A stretch of DNA of 63,340 nt, filler included. It is 4 parts of 4 records of this genome, joined end to end, with 100 filler letters (N's around TTAATTAATTAA, not from the genome) between each part and the next. Parts side by side here need not be neighbours in the genome. Positions count along the whole stretch, not along the records: positions 50,230 to 63,340 come from SRR31156797_3576; 3 more parts are not named here. One strand, 5' to 3'. A program made the translations under genes and the position numbers. Positions 50,800-62,200 of the stretch are shown here, in pieces. How positions within the stretch are numbered: the first letter of the stretch is position 1; each line of letters opens with the position of its first letter. The notes beneath the pieces were generated by a model. The model was not told the DNA's origin. It searched no databases and saw only the letters and a list, made by a program, of their open reading frames with translations.

Positions 50800-51291
50800 C
50801 TATTCCTTAGCAAAACTAGCCTGTAGTTTCTCTACTAATTCATCTGTGATCATAAGATCAAAATACTCATGGATACTTGCATAGCTACTTTCAAACTGTA
50901 AATACATAGTCTCAGTAAAATACTCATCCGCAGCTATCAATTCTGACCTTTCCTCTATGTAATCATTTACACTTACTAATTCTGTATCATTATTCACAAA
51001 ATCTTTTAAAGCATGAATTATTGCTCTTTGTCTTATATAATATTCAAATCTTTTTTCAAAATTTTCTTTTTCAAATGAGTGTAATACCAACTCATAAACA
51101 TTCGAAAGGATAACATTAATAGTTGGTTTAAGATTTAGCTCTTTCAATTTTTTATTTGCTTCATCTATATCCATTATCGTTTCATAAATAAAATTTCCTA
51201 AACTAATTTGATAGTAAAGTTCATAACTCGTAAGTATCTCTACAATACTTTCTCTTGAAAAATAAGTTTTTATTGCTTCTTCTAAATTCAT
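50800..51291 (-). CDS. Hypothetical acidic protein
   Basis: 163-aa ORF with no recognised motif. Confidence 0.7.
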   Translation of the reverse strand: MNLEEAIKTYFSRESIVEILTSYELYYQISLGNFIYETIMDIDEANKKLKELNLKPTINVILSNVYELVLHSFEKENFEKRFEYYIRQRAIIHALKDFVNNDTELVSVNDYIEERSELIAADEYFTETMYLQFESSYASIHEYFDLMITDELVEKLQASFAKE

Positions 51292-51300
51292 AGTAGTATT

Positions 51301-51453
51301 TTAACTACTTTTTTCTCTATTTTCTATTTTATTAGTAAGGCTACAAAATCTTTGATCAAAAGGTAATTTTTGATTTTGCTCTATTTTCTCTTTAATATAT
51401 ACATAAAATAAAGCAACTAATATTATACTTACCAATACAGTTAATTCCAACAT
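51301..51453 (-). CDS. 50-aa single-TM protein (not in ORF track)
   Basis: AAAGGA RBS; MLELTVLVSIILVALFYVYIKEKIEQNQK...; stop 9 nt before the next ATG. Confidence 0.6.
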   Translation of the reverse strand: MLELTVLVSIILVALFYVYIKEKIEQNQKLPFDQRFCSLTNKIENREKSS

Positions 51454-51908
51454 CTCTTTCCTTTATACTATTCATATTTATATTTTTCCTAATAATAGCA
51501 TCTAAAAAACAACGAAAGTAAATAGATTGCATATTGTTATGTAAAAGATTAAAATTGATTTTGTTTTAGAAGTATATTTTTTATATTTAGTCTAGAAGAA
51601 TCTAGACTAAATAGATAACAAATGTAGTTAAACAATCCGCTTGTGTTACCACTGCTTAACTAGTGATTGTATTATAATATAAATCAAAAGATTTTACTAC
51701 ATATTTGAAGTATAAAAAATATACAACTACAAATTAGAAGTATATTTTTTAGGTTTGTGATTCACGGCTCTTGGAGATTGTTACTACTATGTTGATATAG
51801 AATTGTACAAAGGAAAACAATTCTAAACTAATGGTTTGTTGTTAAATTTCGTAATCTAATTATAAGCTATCTAAATGAAGTGAAAATGAAATAAAGTTAA
51901 TTTATCAT

Positions 51909-52364
51909 TTAAATTTCTAAGACTGCACTGAATTTTACTTTTTCAAGGTCAATATGAAGTTTTCCACCCTCATAAATAGCACATCCTGTATCTGTTTCAT
52001 GGACTATCACTTTTTTTATATCAAGCCCTAAAGAGATTGCATGATCATAGATATGCACTGCGAATTGTTCTGCAGTTGGGTTATATGGTACGATCATATA
52101 TCGCTCATTAAGATTTTCTACTACACTCATTAGATACTCATCTTGATCATATACTATTAAAGAGTGATCAAATGCATCCAAAAACTTGCTCAGCTTCTCC
52201 TTAAGCAATTTAAAATCCATCACCATATGAGCATCATCAAGCTCTTCTCCACTTAAAAAGATCTCAAACTTATAAGAATGTCCATGGATTCCTCTACACT
52301 TTTGTGTATAGGCTCCAAGGACTCTATGAGCTGTTTCTGCTTTAAAAAGTTTTCTTATAACCAT
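51909..52364 (-). CDS. queD: 6-carboxytetrahydropterin synthase
   Basis: AHRV, CRGIHGHSY, MVMDF, FDH, NPTAE, HET. Confidence 0.92.
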   Translation of the reverse strand: MVIRKLFKAETAHRVLGAYTQKCRGIHGHSYKFEIFLSGEELDDAHMVMDFKLLKEKLSKFLDAFDHSLIVYDQDEYLMSVVENLNERYMIVPYNPTAEQFAVHIYDHAISLGLDIKKVIVHETDTGCAIYEGGKLHIDLEKVKFSAVLEI

Positions 52365-52372
52365 AAATACTC

Positions 52373-52759
52373 CTAAAGAGTCCCCTCTATACAAGTGGTA
52401 TCAAATCCACCTCGAATATTATATTTTGTAGTAAGTCTTAGTCTATCTGTTTCAAGTACTTTTTTTAGATCATCATATAATCTTTTTGTAGCAGCTTCTT
52501 GATAGATCCCTACATTTCTAAAACTTGTAAAATAATATTTAAGTGACTTTAGCTCAACTAGTTTATTTCCCTCAGGGTAATACTCAATCTTTACATACGC
52601 AAGATCAGGAAGTCCACTAAAAGGACATACCGCACTAAACTCATTTGTTTCAGTGATAATAAGTTGTTTTGGACTATCAAACTCAAACGTCTCTAAAAAA
52701 TCTGTTCGGATATGCTCCTCACCTACAAATTCAAAGGTCATCCCCTCAGCTACTGCCAT
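52373..52759 (-). CDS. queF: NADPH-dependent preQ0 reductase (short form)
   Basis: [25 protein letters not shown]. Confidence 0.93.
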   Translation of the reverse strand: MAVAEGMTFEFVGEEHIRTDFLETFEFDSPKQLIITETNEFSAVCPFSGLPDLAYVKIEYYPEGNKLVELKSLKYYFTSFRNVGIYQEAATKRLYDDLKKVLETDRLRLTTKYNIRGGFDTTCIEGTL

Positions 52760-52760
52760 C

Positions 52761-53435
52761 TTATTCTCCTACTCTTTTTAAATATTCATTCCAACCATTT
52801 TCACGTAAGTTACACGCTGGACATTCACCACACCCATATCCCCAGTCATGAAACTTTGTTCTATCACCATTATAACATGTATGGCTAAGTTCAATAACTG
52901 ATTCTAACACATCTTCTTCTTTTGCCAAAGCAAAAGTATCTGCTTTATCTAAGAACATTAAAGGATAATGAAACTTTATATCTCGTTCACTTCCTAAATT
53001 AAGTGATTGCTCTAAGCTTTTTACAAACACTTCTCTACAATCAGGATATCCTGAATAATCTGTTTGACATACACCTGTTACAAGATGATCAAAACCTATC
53101 TTTTGAGCATATGCATGGGCAATGGTAAACATCAAAGCATTTCTATTTGGTACATATGACGCAGGAAGTGATTCATTTGCATCATGTTTTTCATTGATAT
53201 CTCTATCTTTATTGACCAGTGCACTATCACTAAGCTGAGCAAAGGTATCCACATGAAATACCGTATTTTTCACATTATACTTTTTGGCAATCTTCTCAGC
53301 TTGTTCTATCTCGATACTATGTCTCTGCCCATAATCAAAAGTGATAGTCTCAATCTCTTCAAATCTTTTTAGTGCCCACCCAAGACAAGTGGTACTATCT
53401 TGACCTCCACTAAATATAACCAATGCTTTTTTCAT
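52761..53435 (-). CDS. queC: 7-cyano-7-deazaguanine synthase
   Basis: [26 protein letters not shown]...GCGECPAC. Confidence 0.96.
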   Translation of the reverse strand: MKKALVIFSGGQDSTTCLGWALKRFEEIETITFDYGQRHSIEIEQAEKIAKKYNVKNTVFHVDTFAQLSDSALVNKDRDINEKHDANESLPASYVPNRNALMFTIAHAYAQKIGFDHLVTGVCQTDYSGYPDCREVFVKSLEQSLNLGSERDIKFHYPLMFLDKADTFALAKEEDVLESVIELSHTCYNGDRTKFHDWGYGCGECPACNLRENGWNEYLKRVGE

Positions 53436-54016
53436 TATTCTATCTCCAATAATTTATGCAATTGAGGACTAAGCTTTAGATGAGGATTGTTTTGAACAAA
53501 CTCTATACAAAACTTCATATTCTCCATATCTGGAGTATCCATATTATTTTGTGGTTGGATATATATTTGCTTATCTGTTTGAAAGTTTAATATCTTTTCT
53601 ATTTTTGAAGAACTACTTACAATAAACTTCACTTCACTAAAGCCAACACTTTTTATAGCATCCCAATCTTTTGGACTATAAGTTATCCAATCAGCCTTTG
53701 ATACATTCTCAAATTCAAATCCATTTGTTTCAATAGCTACAAAATAGCCTTTATCTTGTAAAAACTCAATAAACGAATTGAGTTTATAAATAGTTGGCTC
53801 ACCGCCAGTGATAATAAGATGCTTTGATGGATATTGAGCAATTGTTTCTAAAAGTTCATCATAACTATACTCTTCATATCCCTTTTTGTGATCAAGATCA
53901 TCGCAAAAACTGCACGATAGGTTGCAATCAAAAAAACGGATAAAAATAGATGGTGTTCCTATAAACTTCCCCTCTCCTTGTATAGAATAAAAAATATTTG
54001 CTATTTTTAATATCAT
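53435..54016 (-). CDS. queE: 7-carboxy-7-deazaguanine synthase (radical SAM)
   Basis: FYSIQGEG, CNLSCSFCD, TGGEP, IETNG, SPK, QLHK. Confidence 0.94.
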   Translation of the reverse strand: MILKIANIFYSIQGEGKFIGTPSIFIRFFDCNLSCSFCDDLDHKKGYEEYSYDELLETIAQYPSKHLIITGGEPTIYKLNSFIEFLQDKGYFVAIETNGFEFENVSKADWITYSPKDWDAIKSVGFSEVKFIVSSSSKIEKILNFQTDKQIYIQPQNNMDTPDMENMKFCIEFVQNNPHLKLSPQLHKLLEIE

Positions 54017-54219
54017 TATTTATTTAACCTTTCTATGTTTTGGAGATTTGTACTTTTGGAATATAAAGAAATGCTCTATTTGTATTTTCGCGAATTATAT
54101 CGTATATTTCCTAAATAAAAAAGTCCTACTTCATATATAAAACCTATAATACCTTCGTTAGCTATTTTGACACTTTTTATCACTTTTCTATTATATACTC
54201 AATAAAAAAAGGAGAAATC

Positions 54220-55463
54220 ATGGAAAAGTTATCTTTAAAAGAACTAGCGGTACCTTTAATTAAAGCAATCGATAGTTTTAATTATCTCTTAAAATCTCAT
54301 CATCGAAGAGTTGCATTTATCTCATATAGTATCGGCAAAGCATTAAACCTTAATGATGAAGAGCTCTCTGAACTTGTTATTGCAGCAGCTCTTCACGATA
54401 TTGGAGCTTTGTCAGTGCAAGAAAGGGATATGCTTATCCAAGAAGATGTTAGCAATCCTGATCCCATTGCAAAATGGGCTATAAGATGTTAGCACCTTTT
54501 GATGTCTTTAAAAGCATTGCTCTAACTATTAAATACCATCACATTCAATACCAAGATTCATTAGAGATACAAAATGAGAATATCCCTTTTGCTTCACATA
54601 TTATTCATCTTGCTGATAGAGTTGATATTTTTATTTCACAAGATGAATTTATCCTTAATCAAAAAAATAAAGTAATAGATAAAATTCGTAGAAAAACAGG
54701 AACAATTTTTCACCCTGATGTATTCACAGCATTTGAAACCATTTCAAATGCTGATATATTTTGGATGGATATTAATAATATACGACTTGGACAACTTTTA
54801 GAAAAAATCAATTTCTCGATCAATTTTAGCCTTTCAGTAGATAACATTTTAGAATTTGCTTTGACTATGTCACGTATTATTGACTTTAGAAGTAAATTTA
54901 CAGCATCACACTCATATACAGTTGCTCATCTTGCTTCATTCTTTGGTGAACTTTCTGGATATTCTGAAGAAAAATGTAAAAAACTCATGATTAGTGGATA
55001 TTTACATGATATTGGGAAAATAGGGATAGACCCAGGGCTTATTGAGAAAAATGGTCCTCTTACAGATGAAGAGTTTAATATAATGAAACTCCATACTTAT
55101 TATACAGGGCAGATTTTACATGAACTCAATTCTTTAGAATGGTTTAAAGAAATTGTTAATTGGGCTGAAAGACATCACGAAAAATCTGATGGAAGTGGTT
55201 ATCCATATGCTGATGATGATTCTAAACTCAATGAAGGAGTAAAAATTTTAGCATATGCTGATATTGTCACAGCTTTAATGGAGGATCGACCTTATAGGAA
55301 AGGTCTTCCTATTGAGGAAGCATTTAAGATTATTGAACAAAAAATATCCCCTCATATTTTTTCAAATCTATTTACAAAAATCAAACAACATAAAGAAAAA
55401 ATTCAAACTTTAGTTAATGAATGTCAAAAACACACCTATGAAGAATATAATGAAAACATCTAA
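54220..55463 (+). pseudogene. Tandem-HD HD-GYP phosphodiesterase, frameshifted
   Basis: First HD (LHDIG) in 54220-54492; LADR, HS..VA, LHDIGK and HHEK.DGSGYP in 54474-55463; adding one C at 54463-54465 joins them (NPDPHCKMGY). Confidence 0.85.
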
Positions 55464-55780
55464 AGAAAATCCTTCTTTTATTATATTTAAGAAATATTTT
55501 CTTTAATGACTCCTTTGAGCACTTTTTAAATATATAATAAAAAAATTGAAGGATATATTATGAGAAATACAAACTTTATTCAAGGGATTAATAAAAAAGA
55601 GGCTGAAAAAATATTACTTAAATTACCCAAAACTGCAATTGTCCACAGTATGTACTCAAACTAAAAAATACTTCAAAAAGAACTAGTGAAGAATATATTT
55701 AATAGGTTATGTGAAAAGATAGCATTTTCAGTGCATAATTACTGTTACTATATGTTTTATAAGTGGTAAAGATTAATAAA

Positions 55781-55857
55781 TGGTACGCCCAGAAGGATTC
55801 GAACCCTCAACCACCGGGGCCGAAACCCAGTGCTCTATCCAGTTAAGCCATGGACGC
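55781..55857 (-). tRNA. tRNA-Arg(UCG)
   Basis: 77-nt cloverleaf GCGTCCA...CTGGG-TTTCGGC-CCCGG...GTTCGAATC...GGGCGTA-CCA; anticodon TCG; CCA is encoded. Confidence 0.95.
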
Positions 55858-55937
55858 ATCTGTTTGATTAGTGTTATTATAGCGAAAAGAAAGATAAAAG
55901 TTTCCTTTTAACTCTCCTTACATATATGTTCTTAAAA

Positions 55938-56150
55938 TTACAGTCTAGACTCGTATCTTCTAAGCATATAAAGTTTTTTAAGCATTTTCTTTCTAGCATT
56001 GATTTTTTGTTTCTTCTTCTTTTCAGGATTAGATTCAAAATATCTTCTAGCTCGAGTTTCTGTAACAATCAGAGATCTATCACATTGCTTTTTAAATCTT
56101 CTGTACGCTTCGTCGAAAGATTCGCTATCTTTTACTTTAATTCCAGGCAT
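55938..56150 (-). CDS. rpsU: 30S ribosomal protein S21
   Basis: [25 protein letters not shown]...[11 protein letters not shown] (Campylobacterota-type). Confidence 0.97.
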   Translation of the reverse strand: MPGIKVKDSESFDEAYRRFKKQCDRSLIVTETRARRYFESNPEKKKKQKINARKKMLKKLYMLRRYESRL

Positions 56151-56265
56151 ATAATCACCCACTTTCGTTTTAATTTTTGGAAGCAGATTATATATAAATG
56201 ATTCTTAACGTTAGTTTAAGTATAATAATATATAAATTAAAAAATATTTAGGAGTTATATACTTT

Positions 56266-56529
56266 ATGATAGATTTAAATCAACATCAACTAGAATTAGA
56301 ATATCCATGCAACTGGAAATATAAAGTTGTGATACGATGTGAACATAAAATAAAGCATATTGTAAATGATGTATTAGAAGATAGAGAACATAAATTAAGC
56401 CCTTCAAAAAAAAGCTCAAAGGGAAAGTTTGAGAGTCATACTATAGAAATGATAGTTGAGAGTGAAGAAGATAGAAAAAACGTCTTTCATTCTTTTTCAA
56501 CTCACGAAAAAGTAAAAATGGTTGTTTAA
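56266..56529 (+). CDS. DUF493 (YbeD/HP0495-like) protein
   Basis: LEYPCNWKYKVV, SSKGKF, VKMVV. Confidence 0.88.
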   Translation: MIDLNQHQLELEYPCNWKYKVVIRCEHKIKHIVNDVLEDREHKLSPSKKSSKGKFESHTIEMIVESEEDRKNVFHSFSTHEKVKMVV

Positions 56530-56530
56530 G

Positions 56531-56899
56531 ATGGCAAATATTATCTATGAAAATGAATTTATAAGAATAGAAGAGGAACCTTTTGAAATCCCTTGGTTGA
56601 AGATCTTCTCACAAAAACCATATAAAGAGTTTAGCCAATGTGATCAAAATACAAAGCTTGAAATATTAAGAGCTTTAGATATTATTGAGCGTGAGATGAT
56701 AGAGTATTTTGAGCCTGATAAGATCAATATCGCTTCTTTTGGAAACTATCTTCCACATGTTCATTTTCATATCCAAGCACGTTTTAAAGAGGATGAATAT
56801 TTTCCTGAACCTACTTGGGGAGCCAAACAAAGGGAATCGAAGCTTGTATTAAAAGAGTTCAAAACTTTTTATAACACTATAAAAATAAAGCTAAGTTAA
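56531..56899 (+). CDS. HIT-family protein
   Basis: PDKINIASFGNYLPHVHFHIQAR. Confidence 0.9.
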   Translation: MANIIYENEFIRIEEEPFEIPWLKIFSQKPYKEFSQCDQNTKLEILRALDIIEREMIEYFEPDKINIASFGNYLPHVHFHIQARFKEDEYFPEPTWGAKQRESKLVLKEFKTFYNTIKIKLS

Positions 56900-56914
56900 G
56901 TTATAATCGCGATT

Positions 56915-57655
56915 ATGAATAGAAGAAATTTCCTTTTACTAACAACACTATCACCAGTTTTTGCAAAAGACTTTATTGAAGTTGGTCATAAAACCAATCT
57001 ACATATCAATGATCTACAAACCCTACAAAGTTTAAATAATAGATTGAATCGACTACGTAGATTTATCGGTTATGCTAATTTTAACTTTATCTCTTTAGAT
57101 ACAGCATTTTATTATGCAAGAAACTATTCAAAGGTTGGAGAATTTACAAAAGAAGAAAAACAACTTATTGAAAAGCTTTTTTATTCAGATCCATCACAAT
57201 TTGGTTTTTATGGTAAAAAAACAGTAACTTCTATGACAGAAACTATTAATGAGAAAGACCTAGAAAAAATCCCTTACTCAGGACACTATATCTATAAGGG
57301 AAAACCTTTAGCTGATTATCAAAGAATACTCAAAGATATTGGAGATAATATTATTTTAACTTCTGGGGTACGAAGTGTTGTAAAACAATTAAGTTTATAC
57401 AGTTCAAAACTCCTTCAATTAAATGGAAACCTAAGTGAAGCATCTTCAATCATAGCACCACCTGCATACACTTACCATGCAATTAGTGATTTTGATGTGG
57501 GTAAAAAAGGGTGGGGAAATAAAAACTTTACAGAAGAATTTGCACGAACAGAGGAGTTTGCAAAAATGCAAAAATTAAACTATGTTACAATTAGATATAC
57601 ACTCAATAATAAAGACGGGGTAAGATTTGAACCTTGGCATGTAAAGGTTATTTAG
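56915..57655 (+). CDS. M15 (VanY-like) D,D-carboxypeptidase with a Tat-like signal
   Basis: MNRRNFL, SGVRS, APPAYTYHAISDFD, FEPWH. Confidence 0.85.
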   Translation: MNRRNFLLLTTLSPVFAKDFIEVGHKTNLHINDLQTLQSLNNRLNRLRRFIGYANFNFISLDTAFYYARNYSKVGEFTKEEKQLIEKLFYSDPSQFGFYGKKTVTSMTETINEKDLEKIPYSGHYIYKGKPLADYQRILKDIGDNIILTSGVRSVVKQLSLYSSKLLQLNGNLSEASSIIAPPAYTYHAISDFDVGKKGWGNKNFTEEFARTEEFAKMQKLNYVTIRYTLNNKDGVRFEPWHVKVI

Positions 57656-59238
57656 TGCATACAGTTCAATCAATACTTTTTATTAGCATAATACTTTTTA
57701 TTACAGGATGTAATGAAAAAAACGAGCCATCTCTAAGTTCAATAAAATCTCAAGAAGAAACAACAATACAAAAAGAAAAAGATACAAAAAAGAAACAGAC
57801 TATAGAGATATCAGGATTTGAAGAACATAGTTTGGAAGGTTCTTTAGAACAATCTTCAAATGGCACTACACCCATCACACAAAAACAACATGACAACTCA
57901 GAACAGCTAGTATCATTAATAAAAAAAGAACAAACACCTAAATATTATCCAAAGCAAGTTATTAAAAGAGAGAGCCAAACCGTTACAAAAAATGATCCTG
58001 ATAAATTCGATTTTAATATTATTAAAAAAGGTCATGAGAGTGACAATACTCTTTTAATTGTAGGGGGGATCCAAGGGGATGAACCAGGTGGCTTTATGGC
58101 TGCTTCACTTATTGCTACTCATTATAATATCAAAAAAGGAGCTGTTTGGATCGTGCCAAACCTCAATTTTTATAGTATCATCAAAAGAAGTAGAGGCCCT
58201 TATGGGGATATGAATAGAAAGTTTGCAACTATTTCTAAGAATGATCCTGATTATAAAACAGTCACTAGAATAAAAAACTATATAGAAGATGATAAAGTAA
58301 AAATGATCGTCAACTTACACGATGGAAGTGGTTACTATAGACCACAATATGAAGATAAACTTCACTCTCCATATAGATGGGGACAATGTTCGATCATAGA
58401 TCAAGCTTCTTTAGATACAACACACTATGGTGACCTTTATACTATCTCAGATAAAATAGTCAAGCATATTAATGAAAACCTTATAAGAAAAGAGCACAGG
58501 TACCATCTTTATAATACGAGAACAAGTGAAGGTGATAAAGAGATGGAAAAAACCTTAACGTACTATGCGATCAATAAAGGGAAAGCTGCTTTTGGAAATG
58601 AAGCAAGTAAATCACTTCCAACTCATCAAAGAACTTATTATCATCTTTTAGCTTTAGAGAAATACATGGATATCATGGGAATAGAGTTTGAGCGAAAATT
58701 TAATATGAATGATCAAGTGATCAAAAATATTATTGATAATGATGTAGAGATATCTTTGTATGATGGAAAGATCAATTTACCTCTTTCACAGGTACGAAGC
58801 TTTTTAAACTATTTTCCAGTAGATACAAATGGAACCATCAACTTTAGTCCAAGTAATCCACTTATTAGTATTGTGAAAAAACATGATGAGTATATCATCT
58901 ATTATGGAAATAGAAGGCTTTCTACTCTAAGTCCAGATTATATCCCCTTAGAGCCTGAAAAAACTACAGTAAAATTTACAGTTGATTCAACGATACAAGA
59001 TCTGGAGCTTGGCTCAGTTATCGATGTAAAAGATAACTTTTTAGTACACCCAATAAAAGATTATAGAATAAACGTTATTGGTTTTACCAACGGGAAACAA
59101 GATGAAACAAATGTTACGATCGATAGATCTAAACTTATCAAACGTTTCTCTATAGATAAAGTTGGCTCAACTTATAGAGTTGAATATTATAAAAATAAAA
59201 AATTTGCTGGAATGGTATTAGTAAGGTTTACAAGTTAA
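57634..59238 (+). CDS. M99 peptidoglycan D,L-carboxypeptidase (Csd4/Pgp1-like), probable lipoprotein
   Basis: GGIQGDEPGG (Gln zinc ligand as in H. pylori Csd4), DMNRKF, NLHDGSG, EASK; ITGC lipobox. Start uncertain. Confidence 0.85.
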   Translation: MACKGYLVHTVQSILFISIILFITGCNEKNEPSLSSIKSQEETTIQKEKDTKKKQTIEISGFEEHSLEGSLEQSSNGTTPITQKQHDNSEQLVSLIKKEQTPKYYPKQVIKRESQTVTKNDPDKFDFNIIKKGHESDNTLLIVGGIQGDEPGGFMAASLIATHYNIKKGAVWIVPNLNFYSIIKRSRGPYGDMNRKFATISKNDPDYKTVTRIKNYIEDDKVKMIVNLHDGSGYYRPQYEDKLHSPYRWGQCSIIDQASLDTTHYGDLYTISDKIVKHINENLIRKEHRYHLYNTRTSEGDKEMEKTLTYYAINKGKAAFGNEASKSLPTHQRTYYHLLALEKYMDIMGIEFERKFNMNDQVIKNIIDNDVEISLYDGKINLPLSQVRSFLNYFPVDTNGTINFSPSNPLISIVKKHDEYIIYYGNRRLSTLSPDYIPLEPEKTTVKFTVDSTIQDLELGSVIDVKDNFLVHPIKDYRINVIGFTNGKQDETNVTIDRSKLIKRFSIDKVGSTYRVEYYKNKKFAGMVLVRFTS

Positions 59239-59241
59239 TAT

Positions 59242-62200
59242 ATGAGTATCAAAGAACAAATATTACAATTAATACAAAAACGCCCTCTTATTATAGATGG
59301 AGCAATGGGAACACAACTTCAAACATATGGAGTTCCAGATGAGGCTTGGATCGATCCTAAAGGGGAAAACCAAGAGGGGTGTAATGAACTTTTAAATAAA
59401 ACTGCCCCAGAGATCTTAGAAAAGATTCACAATGCTTATGCTATGGCTGGAGCTGATCTAATCAAAACAAATACCTTTGGCTCAATGCCTTGGGTTTTAG
59501 ATGAATACGGTTTGGGTGACATGAGTTATGAACTTAGCCGATTAGGCTGTGAGCATGTAAAAAAAATATGTGAAAAGTACACTACAGCTGAAAAGCCACG
59601 ATTTGTATTAGCCTCTATAGGACCTGGAACAAAACTTCCAAGCCTTGGACATATCTCCTATGATGAGATCTATAGTGGATACTGCACTATGGCAAAAGGT
59701 TTAGTAGATGGAGGAACAGATATCTTCTTACTAGAAACCTGTCAAGATCCACTGCAAATAAAAGCAGCCCTTCATGCCTTACAAGATACTGCACCAAATA
59801 TTCCAATTATGGTTTCAGCTACTATTGAACTTAGTGGCACTATGCTTATAGGAACTGATGCTAGTACTATTGCTACTATTATGGAACCTTTTGATATTCT
59901 CTCCTTAGGATTCAACTGTGGAACAGGACCAGAACAAGTAAAAAAACATCTTGAAATATTAAGTGAAACAAGTAATAAATACCTCTCTATCCATGCAAAT
60001 GCAGGGCTTCCACAAAATAAAGGGGGATACACTTTTTATCCTATGGGGCCAGATGAATTTGCCTCTTTACAAAAAAGCTTTCTAGAGTTTGATGGAGTAA
60101 GCTTTTTAGGAGGATGCTGTGGAACAACTCCTCAACATATTAAAGCATTACATGATGCTACCCTAAATATTACTCCTAAAATTCCTACAGGTAACCACCC
60201 TACCTCTTTAGCTTCACTTTTTAATAGTGTAGAACTTAAACAAAATCCTGCTCCACTTTTAATAGGTGAGAGAAGTAATGCTACTGGTTCAAAAGCTTTT
60301 AGAGAATTACTTAAAGCTGAAGACTATGAAGGAACTTTAACAGTTGGACAACAACAAGTTCGAGCTGGTGCCCACGTTATTGATGTAAGCGTAGGATTTG
60401 CAGGTCGTGATGAAACAAAAGATATGGATGAAGTGGTTTCAAGATACACACAAAAGATCAATCTGCCGCTTATGCCTGATTCTACTCAGATACCTGCCCT
60501 TGAAAAGGCACTCAAACTAATCGGTGGAAAACCTATCATCAATTCAGTTAACTTAGAGGATGGTGAAGAAAAATTTGATGAGATCTGTCAACTAGCGAAA
60601 AAATATGGAGCCTCTTTAGTTTGTCTTGTAATTGATGAAGTTGCGATGGCAAAAACAAAAGAGGATAAAGTAAGAATCGCTGAGCGGATCTATCAAAGAG
60701 CCGTAACTATTCATGGACTCAACCCTGAAGACCTTGTATTTGATATGCTTGTATTTACTATTGGAAGTGGAGATGAAGAGTATTTTACTGCTGGAATTGA
60801 AACTATTGAAGCAATAAGAGAATTCACTACTATGCACCCTGAAGTAAGTACCACTCTAGGACTTTCAAATATCTCTTTTGGACTTGATAAAGACGCAAGA
60901 GTCTATCTTAATAGTGTATTTTTACACCACTGTGTTGAAGCAGGACTAAGCTCAGCTATTGTCAATGTAAAACACCTTATTCCAATTAATAAAATGAGCG
61001 ATGAGGATTTAAAAGCTTGTGAAGATCTTCTATTTAATAAAAGAGATGAGGACGATCCACTTTTTGCTTTTATTGAGCATTTTTCTAATGTTGAAAAATT
61101 AGAAGAGCAAACTGATGAAGAGTTTCAAAAACTCTCAGATAAAGAAAAAGTGATCCAGCTTTTAAAAGATGGAGATAAAGAGAGACTTATCCCTCTAGCA
61201 ATGGAGCTTAAAGATACTATCAACGCAGATGTTATAGTAAATGAATGGCTCATTGAGGGGATGAAAGAGATCGGTGAGCTTTTTGGAGCCGGAATCATGC
61301 AGCTTCCTTTTGTACTACAAAGTGCAGAAACGATGAAAGCAACTGTAGATCAGCTTAATCCATACTTACCAAAAATAGAAAAAGCAACAGAAACAACACT
61401 AGTACTTGGTACTGTAAAAGGTGATGTTCATGATGTTGGAAAAAACCTAGTAGATATTATCCTCTCAAACAATGGATTTAAAGTGGTAAATATCGGAATA
61501 AAAGCAGGTATTCAGGAATTTATAGAATCTGCAAAAGAGCATAATGCTGATGCTATTGGGATGAGTGGACTTCTTGTAAAATCAACCAATGAGATGAAAG
61601 CAAATCTAGAAGAACTTGAAGCTCAAAATATTGATATCCCTGTTCTTCTTGGAGGTGCAGCACTTACAAAAGCTTTTATAGATGATTTTTGTAGACCAAT
61701 TTATAAAGGATCTATCTTTTATGCAAGAGATGCCTTTGATGGTGTTGTAGCGATGCAAAGAATTGAAAAAGGTGGGGATATAGATACAGCTATGGCAGCT
61801 GACCTTGTACAAATTGATGAAAATATCCAAAAAGAAGAAAAAGTAGAATTCAATCCTGATCTTCATACCCCAGAACTCTTAGCAAATAATCATACTTTTA
61901 ACCCGCCATTTTGGGGTATTAGAGATATGGGTAATGCTTTTAATAAAGAACTTGCATTTGAATGGATAAACCATAGAGTTTTATTTAGACAACGCTGGGG
62001 ATATAAAAAAGGGAAACAGTCTTCTGAGGACTTTAAAGCTCATGAGGAAAATGTAGTAAAACCATTATATGAGGATCTAAAAGAGGAGTTTTTATCTAAA
62101 GGGATCTTTGAACCTATTGCACTCTATGGATACTTTCCTTGTAAAGCAAATGATACTATTTTAGAGATCTATGATGATGAGAAAGAGAATATCATAGCTA

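Noticed and set aside
51909-54016. que genes as a 7-deazaguanine DNA-modification (dpd) island
   Set aside because: No dpdA/tgt-like or other dpd genes on the contig, and queF points to tRNA queuosine synthesis.
54017-54120. preQ1 riboswitch upstream of queE
   Set aside because: The leader after the TATAAT box lacks a convincing preQ1-I stem-loop and A-rich tail by eye; an Infernal search would be decisive.
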